IMG/VR virus record: IMGVR_UViG_3300050821_018577
Location: 114,859 to 178,858 of that record
Direction: 5' to 3' (one strand)
Source: a virus
Length of the DNA: 64,000 bases
A program made the position numbers and the translations under genes. Shown piece by piece: positions 1 to 10,333 of the stretch. Numbering within the stretch: the stretch's first letter is position 1; every line of letters starts with the position of its first letter. A model generated the notes under the pieces. The model searched no databases and was not told the DNA's origin. It worked only from the letters and a program-made list of their open reading frames with translations.

Positions 1-1
1 G

Positions 2-466
2 TCAGAAGCCAGTGCCACCGATATCACGGCCAAAGAATTAGGCAGACAGGCAGCGATCGGGGATGCAGCGGCTACCGCTGCAATTGAAGCGGCATGGCTC
101 GGTCCTGCAGCGGCCATTGCCGCAGCTGGTGCGGTAGAGGGAGCTCTGCAGGGGATCACGACATTTGAGGGCGGCGGTATCGTTAAAGCTGGCCTCCATG
201 AAGGTGAAATGGTGTTGCCTGCGCATCTTTCTACCTTCGTTCAGACAGCGGCCGCAGAAGCAGGCCGGGCCGGGCCGCCAGGTCCACAAGGGGCCAGCGG
301 CGGCCGCGGCGGTGATATGCACTTCCATCTCCCAACACATATCGGCGAGTTGAAGGCCTGGGATGGAGCTTCTGTGCGCTCCGCGCTCATGGAACATGGG
401 GATCTGGTTGGAAGCATCGCGATTGCTGCGGTTAAACGCCATTTCAGAAGCAATGGAGTGGATTAG
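2..466 (+). CDS. tape measure protein, C-terminal part (truncated by window start)
   Basis: Frame open from nt 2: Ala-rich, then FEGGGIV..LHEGEMVLP; directly upstream of distal tail genes. Confidence 0.75.
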   Translation, partial: SEASATDITAKELGRQAAIGDAAATAAIEAAWLGPAAAIAAAGAVEGALQGITTFEGGGIVKAGLHEGEMVLPAHLSTFVQTAAAEAGRAGPPGPQGASGGRGGDMHFHLPTHIGELKAWDGASVRSALMEHGDLVGSIAIAAVKRHFRSNGVD

Positions 467-1162
467 ATGTCAAACGTCGTATTTCCAACGCTAAAAGGTT
501 TGACATGGGGCCTGAAATTTAGAGATGAGTTCTTCACTCTTATGCAAGCGTCGACTGCTCCGGGCTTTGAAACTCGCGTCTTGCTCGGACCGGACCCGAT
601 TATTCATTTTGAGTTGGTCTACAATTATTTGCGGCAAAAAAGTTATACCACTAGCTTTGGTATCTATCAAAATTCAAGCGATGAGATTGCGATTTTGCGC
701 GGATTCTTCCGTGCCCGAAACGGCGATTTCGATTCGTTTCTTCTGTCACTCCCGACCATCACTCAAAATAATGCCGACGGAACCATAACGGGACAGACGC
801 TCACGCCCGATGCCAACAACATCGCGCCACTAGTGGTGATCCGGGAAACCTACAGCGAAAGCATTTATGAAGCGTTCGGGGTGAACAGTAATCCAGGAAC
901 AGCGCCTGTAGTCAAAAAAGACGGAACACCGCTGCTATCAGGCACGGATTATAACTTCGTCGGACCAGGTTTTTCGCTTGCCGGCGTCACCTATCCTGGA
1001 TTGGCAGTACAATTCATCACGGCTACAGGTGGCCACGTCATGACTGCCGATTTCAGTTGGTACTATCGCGTGCGCTTCGAACAGGGCAACCAGGAATTCG
1101 AGTTATTCCTCGCGCTGTTATATTCGGCGCAAAAAGTTCAGCTTGTGACCACGAGGGTTTGA
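467..1162 (+). CDS. distal tail protein, DUF2460/GTA-like
   Basis: N-term FPTLKGLTW; position after tape measure. Confidence 0.7.
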   Translation: MSNVVFPTLKGLTWGLKFRDEFFTLMQASTAPGFETRVLLGPDPIIHFELVYNYLRQKSYTTSFGIYQNSSDEIAILRGFFRARNGDFDSFLLSLPTITQNNADGTITGQTLTPDANNIAPLVVIRETYSESIYEAFGVNSNPGTAPVVKKDGTPLLSGTDYNFVGPGFSLAGVTYPGLAVQFITATGGHVMTADFSWYYRVRFEQGNQEFELFLALLYSAQKVQLVTTRV

Positions 1163-2098
1163 ATGCGGGCATTCACTGCGGGAGACGGAAGCAATTCTAC
1201 GGCGGCGGTCCTGACGTACTTGGCCGCGCATCGCCAATTGCATATCACCGACCTTTTCGTGATTTCGACGGCTCCCAACTATGCTAGTTTTTATCTTGGG
1301 CAGACTTTCTATGTGACTTCCTATCCGTCATCGCTGACGTGGAATTTCCGCGGCACATTCAAAACGGGTGTGATTGAACGCAATGAAGTTGAATCAAAAA
1401 TCGGTTTGGAAGCCGACAAACTCGAAGTGACTTGGGCCCCACAGAATACCGACATTCTCGATGCATCGCTGACAGTATTGGCAGGATTTCATTCCGGAGT
1501 CTTCGACAACGGAACGCTCGAACTGTGGCGCTGTGTGATGCCGACGATTGGCGATTGCAATACCCTCGGTGCTTGCCTGCTTTTCAGTGGCCGCATTGGA
1601 AACATCGAGCCGGACCGGCTAAAGGTCAAGATGACGGTAATGAGCAGGCTGGAAGTTCTGAACCAAATGGTTCCCACCAATCTAATCGAACCCACCAACA
1701 TCATTGCCCAATACACGACTGGACAGGTTCTGAAAAACGGGCCATCGGCATTCAGTTTGGTCGCCGGTACCACGGCGCAAGTGCTCGTTGCGGATCCGGT
1801 AGCGGCGCCTGGAGGCTACACGCCGCAAAATGATACGTGGGATTTTGGCTATGTGATGATGACGGGAGCCGGCAAGACCGGAGGGTCGTTCCGTGGAATT
1901 CAGCAGCAGACCTATAACGGAACGCATCATCTCTTTTATCTTTACGAAGCGTTGCCCATAACTCCGTTGGTCGGCGATACGTTCAACGCTTTCATTCTAG
2001 TGCCGCGCGACCAAGGCGGGGCCGTGACGCAAGGAAGTATCTATCAAGGATTTCCATTTGTTCCGCAACCCATCAATTCTCCTATAGGGCTTGGATGA
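1163..2098 (+). CDS. tail hub protein, DUF2163/BR0599-like
   Basis: LFSGRIGNI, C-term YQGFPFVP; GTA-like tail gene order. Confidence 0.7.
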   Translation: MRAFTAGDGSNSTAAVLTYLAAHRQLHITDLFVISTAPNYASFYLGQTFYVTSYPSSLTWNFRGTFKTGVIERNEVESKIGLEADKLEVTWAPQNTDILDASLTVLAGFHSGVFDNGTLELWRCVMPTIGDCNTLGACLLFSGRIGNIEPDRLKVKMTVMSRLEVLNQMVPTNLIEPTNIIAQYTTGQVLKNGPSAFSLVAGTTAQVLVADPVAAPGGYTPQNDTWDFGYVMMTGAGKTGGSFRGIQQQTYNGTHHLFYLYEALPITPLVGDTFNAFILVPRDQGGAVTQGSIYQGFPFVPQPINSPIGLG

Positions 2099-2586
2099 CC
2101 ATCGATATTCGAGAACAACGGCAGGCTGTGGTACGCGAGGCTCTTACCTGGCTCCGCACGCCATTCATGTACGACCAATGCGTTAAGGGTGTGGGAGTGG
2201 ACTGCGGCCGATTCCTCGCTGCTGTATTCAACAATGCCGGAGTCAAGAGAATCGATATCGCGAAATTGCCGCATATCCCGCCGGGCTGGTTTCTGCACAA
2301 ACAAAAGGATGCACCGAGTCCTTACCTCTCGGCAATTTTGACCTACTCCGTTGAATACAATCTCGCACCTGGGCAAATTCCGGAAGTCGGAGACATCGTG
2401 CTTGCAAAAGAAGCTCGCGATTGGGCACACGGGGCGATCGTGGTGGCATGGCCTAAAGTTATCGGGTCGGCCTACGAGCACTGCGTCACGTTGTGGGAAA
2501 ACATTCATACCAGCCCACAATATTCCCATCGTGAATTGAAATTCTTGAATCCTTGGGACCTGGCTGCCGGAGGAAATAATGATTAA
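2095..2586 (+). CDS. NlpC/P60 tail-associated peptidase
   Basis: ALTWLRTPF..GVGVDCGRF catalytic Cys; AHGAIV His. Confidence 0.85.
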   Translation: MTIDIREQRQAVVREALTWLRTPFMYDQCVKGVGVDCGRFLAAVFNNAGVKRIDIAKLPHIPPGWFLHKQKDAPSPYLSAILTYSVEYNLAPGQIPEVGDIVLAKEARDWAHGAIVVAWPKVIGSAYEHCVTLWENIHTSPQYSHRELKFLNPWDLAAGGNND

Positions 2587-5500
2587 AGCAGGCACGCCAG
2601 GGGCCTCCTTGGCGTCGCAGTATCATGGAATTCAAGTAAGCAATTCCGTCTACGGCAAGACCGTCAAATTGCTGTACGGGCTTACGCAAGCAGCTCCCGA
2701 CTTGATTTGGTACAACGATTGGAAAACTGGAAGCTCGCCAAGCAATCAACTGCTGGCATCGCTCTTGCAGGGCGGAGGCAAGAAAAGTTCAAAAGGAAGC
2801 AAAAAAGGTAGCGTCAAATATTATTCCGCAGCGGTCGACCTATTGATTGGACACGCTCCGATTCTTGGAGTGTTTTCCGCGTGGTACAACAACCAGAAAT
2901 TGGCAGTGGTCATCAACAGCGCCTCCGGCTTGATTAGCGGTGGCTCGTTTACCTTTGTTCCAGCGAATCAGCCAAGCCAAATCGTTGTCGGTTTCACAGT
3001 CGGAGGCTCCCCGTATCAGGTGACCGAGCCGAATTTCGTTGCCGACCGCCGCGTACGTGACGCCACGCTTGGAGATAATTTCTACCTTGGACGCGCCAAT
3101 CCATCCGGTTTACCAGGTCCAAATCAATACACGGTCACAAGCGGTGGCCTGTACACTTTCAATGCCGTACAGTCCGGTCATTCGCTCAGGATCACCTATT
3201 TCACTTCCGCTTCCGGAAGTCCTTCGACTTTAGTGGGCATTCTAGCCGTCAGCATTCACGAGGATTTTACTGCGGCGTTTAACGATTATGGCGCGCCAGG
3301 TTCCATAACACAGTATGGAACTTGGGAACGCCCGCTATGGAATGCGGCCTTTGCTGTGCCAGGCCGCATCGATTTGGGCGCGCCGCATGCCCGCGACCCC
3401 TACACATGGGCTTGGGACGGCGTGACCCCGGCTGTGACTCTCCCGACCGCGCTAAACGGAAAAGCTATCACCGTCTATTACGGAACGCCGGTTATCTTGC
3501 GGTCAGACGGCACATTGTTCTCGGCGACGCATACGCCGCTCAATGTTCTGAACTTGCAATTTGAACAGATACTGGGCTCCGGATCCGAATACACGAATTT
3601 TATCGCCCAACAAATACTTCAAAATTGGGCGGCCGGCGCCGGGTCGGTCCGTTTCGACCTTGGCGTGTCGAACAGCATGCCGAATTTGAATTTGGAATGT
3701 ATCGGAGCATTCACGCAATGGCCGAACGGAGACTGCGATGTCGTGGATATGATTGCCGACATTGTAGCGAGCGGTCCGTTATTCCTCACCCCATCTGGCG
3801 GAAACAGCGATTTAGACCATGCAACCACGAAGACTGGTGCCGGGTTATCGCAAGCCGGAGGCGTGCTTCCAACCGTAGTGGATGCGCCTTCTGGCACGCC
3901 TGAACTCGAAGTGATGGTCACTACGACAAGCCAAGGCCAGCCACAATCCCCTGGCACGTTTTTTGCTTTAACGCAAGTCGTGGGCGCTACCCGCGTCTAC
4001 AGTTTTTCTTCGTTCGTCGGTCCTGCTCCAGTAGCCGGGCAAACGGTCAGCATTGCGAATTTTGCCAACGCCGCCAACAACGGCCTCTTTACCATAACGG
4101 TGGTAACTGGTAACTCGAGCGGAGGAACCTTTACCGTTGGTAGCGGATCGCAAGTAAATGAAACGACGGCTGCGCAAGGATACTCTCCGGACGCTACTGC
4201 ATTCGTGTTGACTCAAGTAGTCGGCTCCACGAAGACGTATTCTTTCTCTTCCTACACTGGGTCAGTTCCCGTCGGCGTTGGACAGTATGTAACGATTACC
4301 GGATTTACTAACACTGCCAACAATGGCTTTTTCCCCATAACCGCATTTACCGGAACATCCACCGGAGGAACGTTCACCGTCGGAAGCGGGTCGCAGGTAA
4401 ATGAAACACACGCCGCGACGGCTTCGACTGGCTGGCAAGAAGTCACCAGTCTTCCGATTTGGTATCAATTATTGAATTCCACTGCTCCTGTCAGCGTGGT
4501 TCAGCCCTATTCGTCCAGCCTCGGGTTCCCGACAGCAAACGTAAACTTTGCGCAAGTTCTTGCATGGTTTGGCGCAACTGGCGGCAATCCCATTTGGACA
4601 CAACATTCCAGTCGTACCGGGTCCAATTCAGCTTCTTACACATTAGGACCTTTCACGCCGACTGCAGGCGAAACTCTATTGTTGATGTTCAGATTGCGCG
4701 ACCTGGGCTTCGGCTTGTTCACGAGCCCATGCGTATATTCGGTAACGGATGACCAGGGGAATCTTTGGAATCTGATTGCCAACGTTTCCACTGTGGCCGG
4801 CGGTGGCAGCAATCCTGGCGCGCAGACAATGCTTTTCATGTGTCAAGGACCAGCCCTAGTATCTACAACCGTCACCTGCCAACAAACCTCCGGACCAACT
4901 GCTGGCAACGTGAGCGACATAAATTATTTATTTGGCATTACGAATTTCGCGTCCGCCACGGTCACACCCATCGGTCATGGAGTGAACTGCAACACGTATG
5001 GAGCGGTCCAAAGTTCAGCGGGCTCCACGACTTCTCCGGGGAATGGCCTTCTACTCACAGGGCTTGAGCAAGTGCGGGCTTGGTGTCGGGCGAACGGAAT
5101 TTCTGGCGCGCTCACACAGGATGCACAGCGGTCGGCAAAGGATATGGTCGACGAATTACTGACCGTTGCAAACGCAGCACCAGTCTATTCCGGCGCTACG
5201 CTTAACACCATCCCTTACGATGAGGTCAGCAATGCCGGTGGAGGGTTGGTCTACACCGCATCCACAGCAGCAGGTCCGGTTGCAAATCTTGCCGACCAGG
5301 ATTTCGAGAACGATGATGGCAAGACGCCTCCAGTATCGTTTTTGCGGAAGCGCCGTGCGGACTGCGATAATGTGGTCTCTATCGAATTTCTTGACCGTTC
5401 GCTCGATTATTCCAAGAACACGATTTCCGAGGTTGACCAAAAGGCAGTCACGCTCTATGGCCCGCGAAAAGGTGGAACGCTTTCGGCGGCCGAACTTGGC

Positions 5501-6502
5501 GTCAATGTCCCAAGCGGTTCGAAATCATTGTCCAGCATCCGCAGCACAACGGTGGCCCAAGCCATTGCTTCCATCCTGGTGAAACGTGGCGCTGCCGGCG
5601 TCAACCAATTTCAATTCACCGTCAAGCAAGAATGGCTTGGCCTCGAGGCCATGGACCTGGTAACGATTACCGATAGTCGTCTTGGAATATCACAATTGCC
5701 CGTCAGATTACTTAGCGTCAAAGAAACGCCGAAGCGCACCCTGAAATGCGTTGCTGACCAATTCGTCTATGGCTTGAATCATCCGAGCGTGCTGCAAACT
5801 ACCGCTCAAACAGGAACCATTATCGTCTCCAATGTGGATCCAGGTTTGGTCAATACGCCCATCATTTTCCAGCCCACGGCAGCGATGCTTGGTCCAGGCG
5901 CTGCTCCAGAATTGTGGTTTCTGGTTTCCGGCGCTGACACAAACTATGGCGGCTGTATAGCGAATCTGTCATTGGACGGTGGTGTGAGTTATCCAACCGT
6001 TCTCGGAACGATTGGCCCCGCCACGACTGGTGTGCTGACAGCGAATTTTGCGGACCACGTTGACCCTGACACAACCAATACATTGGCTATTGACCTGACA
6101 GAATCCGGAGGGGCGCTCTCCACGCAATCACAGCCAGTCGCGGATAGTTTTGGCGACCCTTGCTATCTTGCGGGATCTGACGTCTACCATTGGGAAGTGA
6201 TTTGCTATACCGCTGTGACCCTCACGAGTGCGGAACATTATTCTCTGGCAACCTACATACGCCGCGGTGTCTTGGGAACTGCGCACACCGCACATACCAC
6301 GGCGCAACGATTTGCGGCAATCGATGGAGCGCTGTTCCGAGTTTCCATGCCGTCGACGTGGGTTGGTCTCACGCTATATTTCAAATTTCAGGCATACAAC
6401 AAACTGGGCGGCCAAATAAATTCGCTGGCCAATTGCACTGCGTATACATTCACTCCGTTGGCAGCCTATCTGCCCGGCGGGTTTTATGTGAACGGGAGCT
6501 AA
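2579..6502 (+). CDS. tail tip / host-specificity protein (1307 aa)
   Basis: Size, synteny, C-term LYFKFQAYNKLG typical of this tail family. Confidence 0.8.
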   Translation: MIKAGTPGASLASQYHGIQVSNSVYGKTVKLLYGLTQAAPDLIWYNDWKTGSSPSNQLLASLLQGGGKKSSKGSKKGSVKYYSAAVDLLIGHAPILGVFSAWYNNQKLAVVINSASGLISGGSFTFVPANQPSQIVVGFTVGGSPYQVTEPNFVADRRVRDATLGDNFYLGRANPSGLPGPNQYTVTSGGLYTFNAVQSGHSLRITYFTSASGSPSTLVGILAVSIHEDFTAAFNDYGAPGSITQYGTWERPLWNAAFAVPGRIDLGAPHARDPYTWAWDGVTPAVTLPTALNGKAITVYYGTPVILRSDGTLFSATHTPLNVLNLQFEQILGSGSEYTNFIAQQILQNWAAGAGSVRFDLGVSNSMPNLNLECIGAFTQWPNGDCDVVDMIADIVASGPLFLTPSGGNSDLDHATTKTGAGLSQAGGVLPTVVDAPSGTPELEVMVTTTSQGQPQSPGTFFALTQVVGATRVYSFSSFVGPAPVAGQTVSIANFANAANNGLFTITVVTGNSSGGTFTVGSGSQVNETTAAQGYSPDATAFVLTQVVGSTKTYSFSSYTGSVPVGVGQYVTITGFTNTANNGFFPITAFTGTSTGGTFTVGSGSQVNETHAATASTGWQEVTSLPIWYQLLNSTAPVSVVQPYSSSLGFPTANVNFAQVLAWFGATGGNPIWTQHSSRTGSNSASYTLGPFTPTAGETLLLMFRLRDLGFGLFTSPCVYSVTDDQGNLWNLIANVSTVAGGGSNPGAQTMLFMCQGPALVSTTVTCQQTSGPTAGNVSDINYLFGITNFASATVTPIGHGVNCNTYGAVQSSAGSTTSPGNGLLLTGLEQVRAWCRANGISGALTQDAQRSAKDMVDELLTVANAAPVYSGATLNTIPYDEVSNAGGGLVYTASTAAGPVANLADQDFENDDGKTPPVSFLRKRRADCDNVVSIEFLDRSLDYSKNTISEVDQKAVTLYGPRKGGTLSAAELGVNVPSGSKSLSSIRSTTVAQAIASILVKRGAAGVNQFQFTVKQEWLGLEAMDLVTITDSRLGISQLPVRLLSVKETPKRTLKCVADQFVYGLNHPSVLQTTAQTGTIIVSNVDPGLVNTPIIFQPTAAMLGPGAAPELWFLVSGADTNYGGCIANLSLDGGVSYPTVLGTIGPATTGVLTANFADHVDPDTTNTLAIDLTESGGALSTQSQPVADSFGDPCYLAGSDVYHWEVICYTAVTLTSAEHYSLATYIRRGVLGTAHTAHTTAQRFAAIDGALFRVSMPSTWVGLTLYFKFQAYNKLGGQINSLANCTAYTFTPLAAYLPGGFYVNGS
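3955..4425 (+). repeat. two tandem ~78-aa repeats inside tail tip protein
   Basis: LTQVVG..YSFSS..ANNG.F.IT..TG.S.GGTFTVGSGSQVNET occurs twice. Confidence 0.85.
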
Positions 6503-6505
6503 AGC

Positions 6506-7747
6506 GTGCCGATTACCGGAACAACATCAACAGAAGCGAATTTGAATGATACGACGCCGGCCGCACCAGCACTAGCGACAAACGTGAAATGGCAGGCAAG
6601 CGCGCCATACCCCGACCCCAACAATGCCGCTTTTCAAGTAAGGGACATCAGCGCCTACATTATCGGTTTTTTCGCATGGGGCGGAGATGCTTCGGACGGT
6701 TCCGTCACTTTTGACGGCACGACCACTATCCTTGGATTGGTTCCATCCAGCAGCGTGTACACGATGACCCGGGATATTTTCTGTGTGAATATCACCGTCA
6801 ATTCCGGCGTCACTATCAAGACGGGGAATTATGCGATTTTTGCCACTGGCATTGTGACCGTGAATGGCACGGTGATGAATGATGGCCAAGCCGGAGGCGT
6901 TGGTGGTGCCGGTGGACCAGGAGGAAGCGGATCGGGTGCCGGAGGCAGCGCCGGAAGCGCAGGCGCCACAAGCTCCACCGGGTCCGATGGCCATTTTACG
7001 CGTCCTACCTCAGCAGTAGCTGGTGGAGTAGGCGGCGCTGGCCAAACAACCATAGGCTCGCAAGCGCCAGGCGCTACAGCCGGCAATGGCCCTAGTTCCG
7101 GGAATGCTTTAGACAATTTGGGATCCTCCGGTACGACCGGCGCGTCTGGTGGCGCTGGCGGAGCTGGCGCGTCAGGAGCCGGTGGAGCTCTCCAAACAGG
7201 TGGAGCCGGAGGAGCTACGTCGACGAGCGCGCAAGCTGGCAGAAATCCATCCTCGGCTGTGCGGGGCGCCAGTTCAACCAATGGTACCCTCAAACCATAT
7301 CAACCATCGAATGGCTGCGATGGAGGGTCTGCTGGCGGTTCTGGCGGCGGCGGCGATGGAACAAACTTGGGCGGCGGCGGAGGTGGCGGCGGGGGAGAAG
7401 GTGGCACTGGAGGGTTGCTGTTGATTGCCGCGCAATTTATCGTTGTCGGCGCGACCGGAGTAATTTCGTCGAAAGGCGGCGCCGGCGGGAATGGGGGTGC
7501 CGGTGGGTCTCCGCTGCAAGGCAATACCGGTGGTGGTGGCGGCGGAGCAGGCGGAAGCGGCGGTACCGGAGGCATCGTGTGGTTGATTTATCACACGTTG
7601 ACCAACGGTGGGTCCATCACAGTTGCTGGCGGTGCGGCCGGAACGCATGGCGCAGGAGGCACGAAAAATGGAACCGGAGTGAACGGGAATAATGGATCCG
7701 ATGGTCCGGCTGGAACGACCGGAAATTTAGTTCAACTTGTATGTTAG
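6506..7747 (+). CDS. glycine-rich tail fibre-like protein
   Basis: GGAGG repeats; end of tail operon. Confidence 0.6.
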   Translation: MPITGTTSTEANLNDTTPAAPALATNVKWQASAPYPDPNNAAFQVRDISAYIIGFFAWGGDASDGSVTFDGTTTILGLVPSSSVYTMTRDIFCVNITVNSGVTIKTGNYAIFATGIVTVNGTVMNDGQAGGVGGAGGPGGSGSGAGGSAGSAGATSSTGSDGHFTRPTSAVAGGVGGAGQTTIGSQAPGATAGNGPSSGNALDNLGSSGTTGASGGAGGAGASGAGGALQTGGAGGATSTSAQAGRNPSSAVRGASSTNGTLKPYQPSNGCDGGSAGGSGGGGDGTNLGGGGGGGGGEGGTGGLLLIAAQFIVVGATGVISSKGGAGGNGGAGGSPLQGNTGGGGGGAGGSGGTGGIVWLIYHTLTNGGSITVAGGAAGTHGAGGTKNGTGVNGNNGSDGPAGTTGNLVQLVC

Positions 7748-7792
7748 CTTCTATATGGAAACTTTTTATGGAAGAATCGACTAGAGTGAAAC

Positions 7793-8353
7793 ATGAGCGT
7801 GGATGCGATTTCTCAATCAAGAGCGGACCAGCTGCATCCGGTAGCCCGTGCGCGTATTCTGGCAACGATCGAGGATTGCGCGGCGGCGGGCATTTACCTG
7901 CGGCTAACCCAAGGCCTACGTACTCAGAACGAACAGCACACTCTCTACATTCAGGGACGACAGCCGCTCGATGTCGTGAATGAGGCCAGGGCAGCAGTCG
8001 GATGGGCCTCCATCACCGAGGACCAGAATCGCGAAGTGACCAACGCCGACTTTTTTCAGTCCATGCACTGCTACGGTCTCGCCGGTGACGTCGACCCATC
8101 CGAAGGCACGACCATGGCGCCATTCAATCCCGATTGGGACGTGCAAGACGCAGAGTGGCAGAAAGTGCTCGCAATCGCGGCATCCCACCAACTCGCCGAA
8201 GGCGCCAAATGGACTTCCGTGAAGCGCGACTATCCACACCTCTATCCACATGAGTTGGATGCGAATCCAACACAGGAAATGCAGCAGACTCTCAAGGATG
8301 CCGGGCTCGACGCCGTATGGGCTGAATTGGATACGGTGCTGCCGCGCCCGTAA
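7793..8353 (+). CDS. endolysin, M15 L-Ala-D-Glu peptidase-like
   Basis: QGLRT..EQ..LY.QGR, SMHCYGLAGD (SxHxxGxAxD), DYPH. Confidence 0.85.
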   Translation: MSVDAISQSRADQLHPVARARILATIEDCAAAGIYLRLTQGLRTQNEQHTLYIQGRQPLDVVNEARAAVGWASITEDQNREVTNADFFQSMHCYGLAGDVDPSEGTTMAPFNPDWDVQDAEWQKVLAIAASHQLAEGAKWTSVKRDYPHLYPHELDANPTQEMQQTLKDAGLDAVWAELDTVLPRP

Positions 8354-8371
8354 AATAGCAAATTATTGTAG

Positions 8372-8400
8372 TTGACATGGATAAGGCACTGTCTTACAGT
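8372..8400 (+). promoter_or_regulatory. sigma70-type promoter
   Basis: TTGACA-17 nt-TACAGT upstream of ATG 8411. Confidence 0.7.
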
Positions 8401-8410
8401 TCTTCGCGCC

Positions 8411-8563
8411 ATGCCAAAACAGGATGAGACGATTACCTTCCGGTGTGGAGCACAATTGAAAAAAGATTTGGAAAAAGAGGCCGAGCGCCAAGATTTGACG
8501 CTTACCCAACTTCTTCGCAGAATTATCCGCAAACATCTTGGAGCAAAAGACGGGAGAAACTAA
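8411..8563 (+). CDS. ribbon-helix-helix (CopG/Arc-like) regulator
   Basis: MPKQDETITFRCGAQLKKDLEKEAERQDLTLTQLLRRII. Confidence 0.7.
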   Translation: MPKQDETITFRCGAQLKKDLEKEAERQDLTLTQLLRRIIRKHLGAKDGRN

Positions 8564-9664
8564 ATGGCGAATGAAACGACGGCGACCAAGAAGCAGGACG
8601 ACCCCGTTGTCAGTATCATCCGGGTTGGCAAGCCCAATCTTGCGGCTCGGTTGCCGAAAGGGATTGACCCTGACCGTTTCATTCTCGGCATCCTCACGGC
8701 GATTCAAAAGAGTAAGGCCAATGCCCAGCCCGGCAAGAGCTTGGCGGATTGCGACCCGAACAGTGTGTTGCTAGCCGCTTACGATGCCGCCGAAATCGGT
8801 TGCAGCCTAAGTCCTGCCCTCCAACTTGGATGGATCATTCCTTACGGCAAGGAAGCACAATTCCAGCCGTCCTACCGGTTCTTTATCCAGAAGGCTTACG
8901 AAACGAAAGAAGTGAAAACGTTCTACGCCGAAGTGGTTTATGCTGGCGACAAGATTGAGCGCCAATTCGCGCCCAAGAGGAATCTGTTTCATGCGATAGG
9001 TGACGGCGAACGTTCCAAGAACACAGCGATTGGCGCTTATGCCTTCATTCAATTCAATGACGATACTGTCGATTGGGAATATATGACCGCCGAGCAGATT
9101 GGTCGGCATCAAAAACATTCCAAACAGCCAAATAGTTTGATGTGGACCACCTTCTGGGAAGAGGCTTGGCGGAAGACTACTGTGCGCGTATTGGCAAAAC
9201 GTTTACCGCTCAAGAATCGCGACCTTGAAGGATTGGTCGAAATGGTCAATCGAGACGCCGAGCGCGACCTGACTATCGATATCGACAAAATCGTTGAACC
9301 ATCCATCCCGCGCCGGATGTCGGAAACAGAGAAGCCGGCAGAAAAAACGGCTGCGGCCGAGTCCAACCAGCCAGTCGACGAAAAACCCAAAGAGGATCAA
9401 GGCAAGACCGCAGAGGCTGCCGCCGCACCTGCGTCTGCAGCCGGCGCACCCGCAGCTGGCTCTATGTTCGATGACGACAAAGACCCTTACGCGACGCCAG
9501 CGGCAATTTCCGAATTTTGGGATAAGGTGTTTGCCGCCAACTGGAAGAAAAACGATGTGATGGAATTTCTCAAGAAAACCTTCGACGTGACGGCGGTGAA
9601 AGACCTGCGAGTATCTCAACTTAACAGCGCCGCAGAGGCTATGGTCAAAGAGAAGAAGAAGTAG
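8564..9664 (+). CDS. recT: RecT-family ssDNA annealing protein
   Basis: LADCDPNSV..AAEIGCSL..GWIIPYGKEAQFQPSYR; W..F.EEAWRKT.VR.LAK.LP. Confidence 0.85.
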   Translation: MANETTATKKQDDPVVSIIRVGKPNLAARLPKGIDPDRFILGILTAIQKSKANAQPGKSLADCDPNSVLLAAYDAAEIGCSLSPALQLGWIIPYGKEAQFQPSYRFFIQKAYETKEVKTFYAEVVYAGDKIERQFAPKRNLFHAIGDGERSKNTAIGAYAFIQFNDDTVDWEYMTAEQIGRHQKHSKQPNSLMWTTFWEEAWRKTTVRVLAKRLPLKNRDLEGLVEMVNRDAERDLTIDIDKIVEPSIPRRMSETEKPAEKTAAAESNQPVDEKPKEDQGKTAEAAAAPASAAGAPAAGSMFDDDKDPYATPAAISEFWDKVFAANWKKNDVMEFLKKTFDVTAVKDLRVSQLNSAAEAMVKEKKK

Positions 9665-10332
9665 TGCTCCCGCGCGGTTGCAGCTTCGTTGAGTCGACGC
9701 ACGCGTACACGATGGAAGGCCGCTCCGTCCCGTCGTGCACAAGAATTTTAGACCATGCCGGACTCGTTTCCTACGACATGGTTAGAAAAGATATTTTGGA
9801 GAGGAAGTCCACCATCGGAACCCTAGTTCATCAGGCGACGCATTATTACGACGATGGGGATTTGGATTGGTCTTCTTTCAAGGAAGATAATCCGGCCGAC
9901 CAGGAGACCAAAGGCCGCGTCGAGGCCTGGGCCAACTTCCGCTCCGATACCGGTTTCGTTCCACGGCTTAAAGAAGAACGCTACATGGCCATGCTCAACG
10001 GCATGACATACGGATTGACGGTCGACCGCGAAGGTTTGATGCATGGACAGGAAGCCATCATCGAAATCAAGAACGCGGCAACAAAAGAGGACTGGTGGGC
10101 AATCCAGCTCGCCGGCTATGCGCTCGGCGTGCCGGATGTTGGTAAGACCGGCCGTTCGCCACGCGCGCTTTTCGCCCGTCGGCGCCGTATGGCCGTACAG
10201 CTTTTCCCGGACGGTCGTTATAAGAAATACGATTTCGTCGACCCGCAGGATGCCGAAGTGTTCATCTCGACTCTTCACATCACCACCTGGAAATTAAACA
10301 AGGGCAGTGAATTGCGGAAGATAGAGGAATAA
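9664..10332 (+). CDS. PD-(D/E)xK exonuclease (RecE partner-like)
   Basis: PSCTRIL, GTLVH, TVDR..IIEIK, QLAGY; adjacent to recT. Confidence 0.7.
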   Translation: MLPRGCSFVESTHAYTMEGRSVPSCTRILDHAGLVSYDMVRKDILERKSTIGTLVHQATHYYDDGDLDWSSFKEDNPADQETKGRVEAWANFRSDTGFVPRLKEERYMAMLNGMTYGLTVDREGLMHGQEAIIEIKNAATKEDWWAIQLAGYALGVPDVGKTGRSPRALFARRRRMAVQLFPDGRYKKYDFVDPQDAEVFISTLHITTWKLNKGSELRKIEE

Positions 10333-10333
10333 C

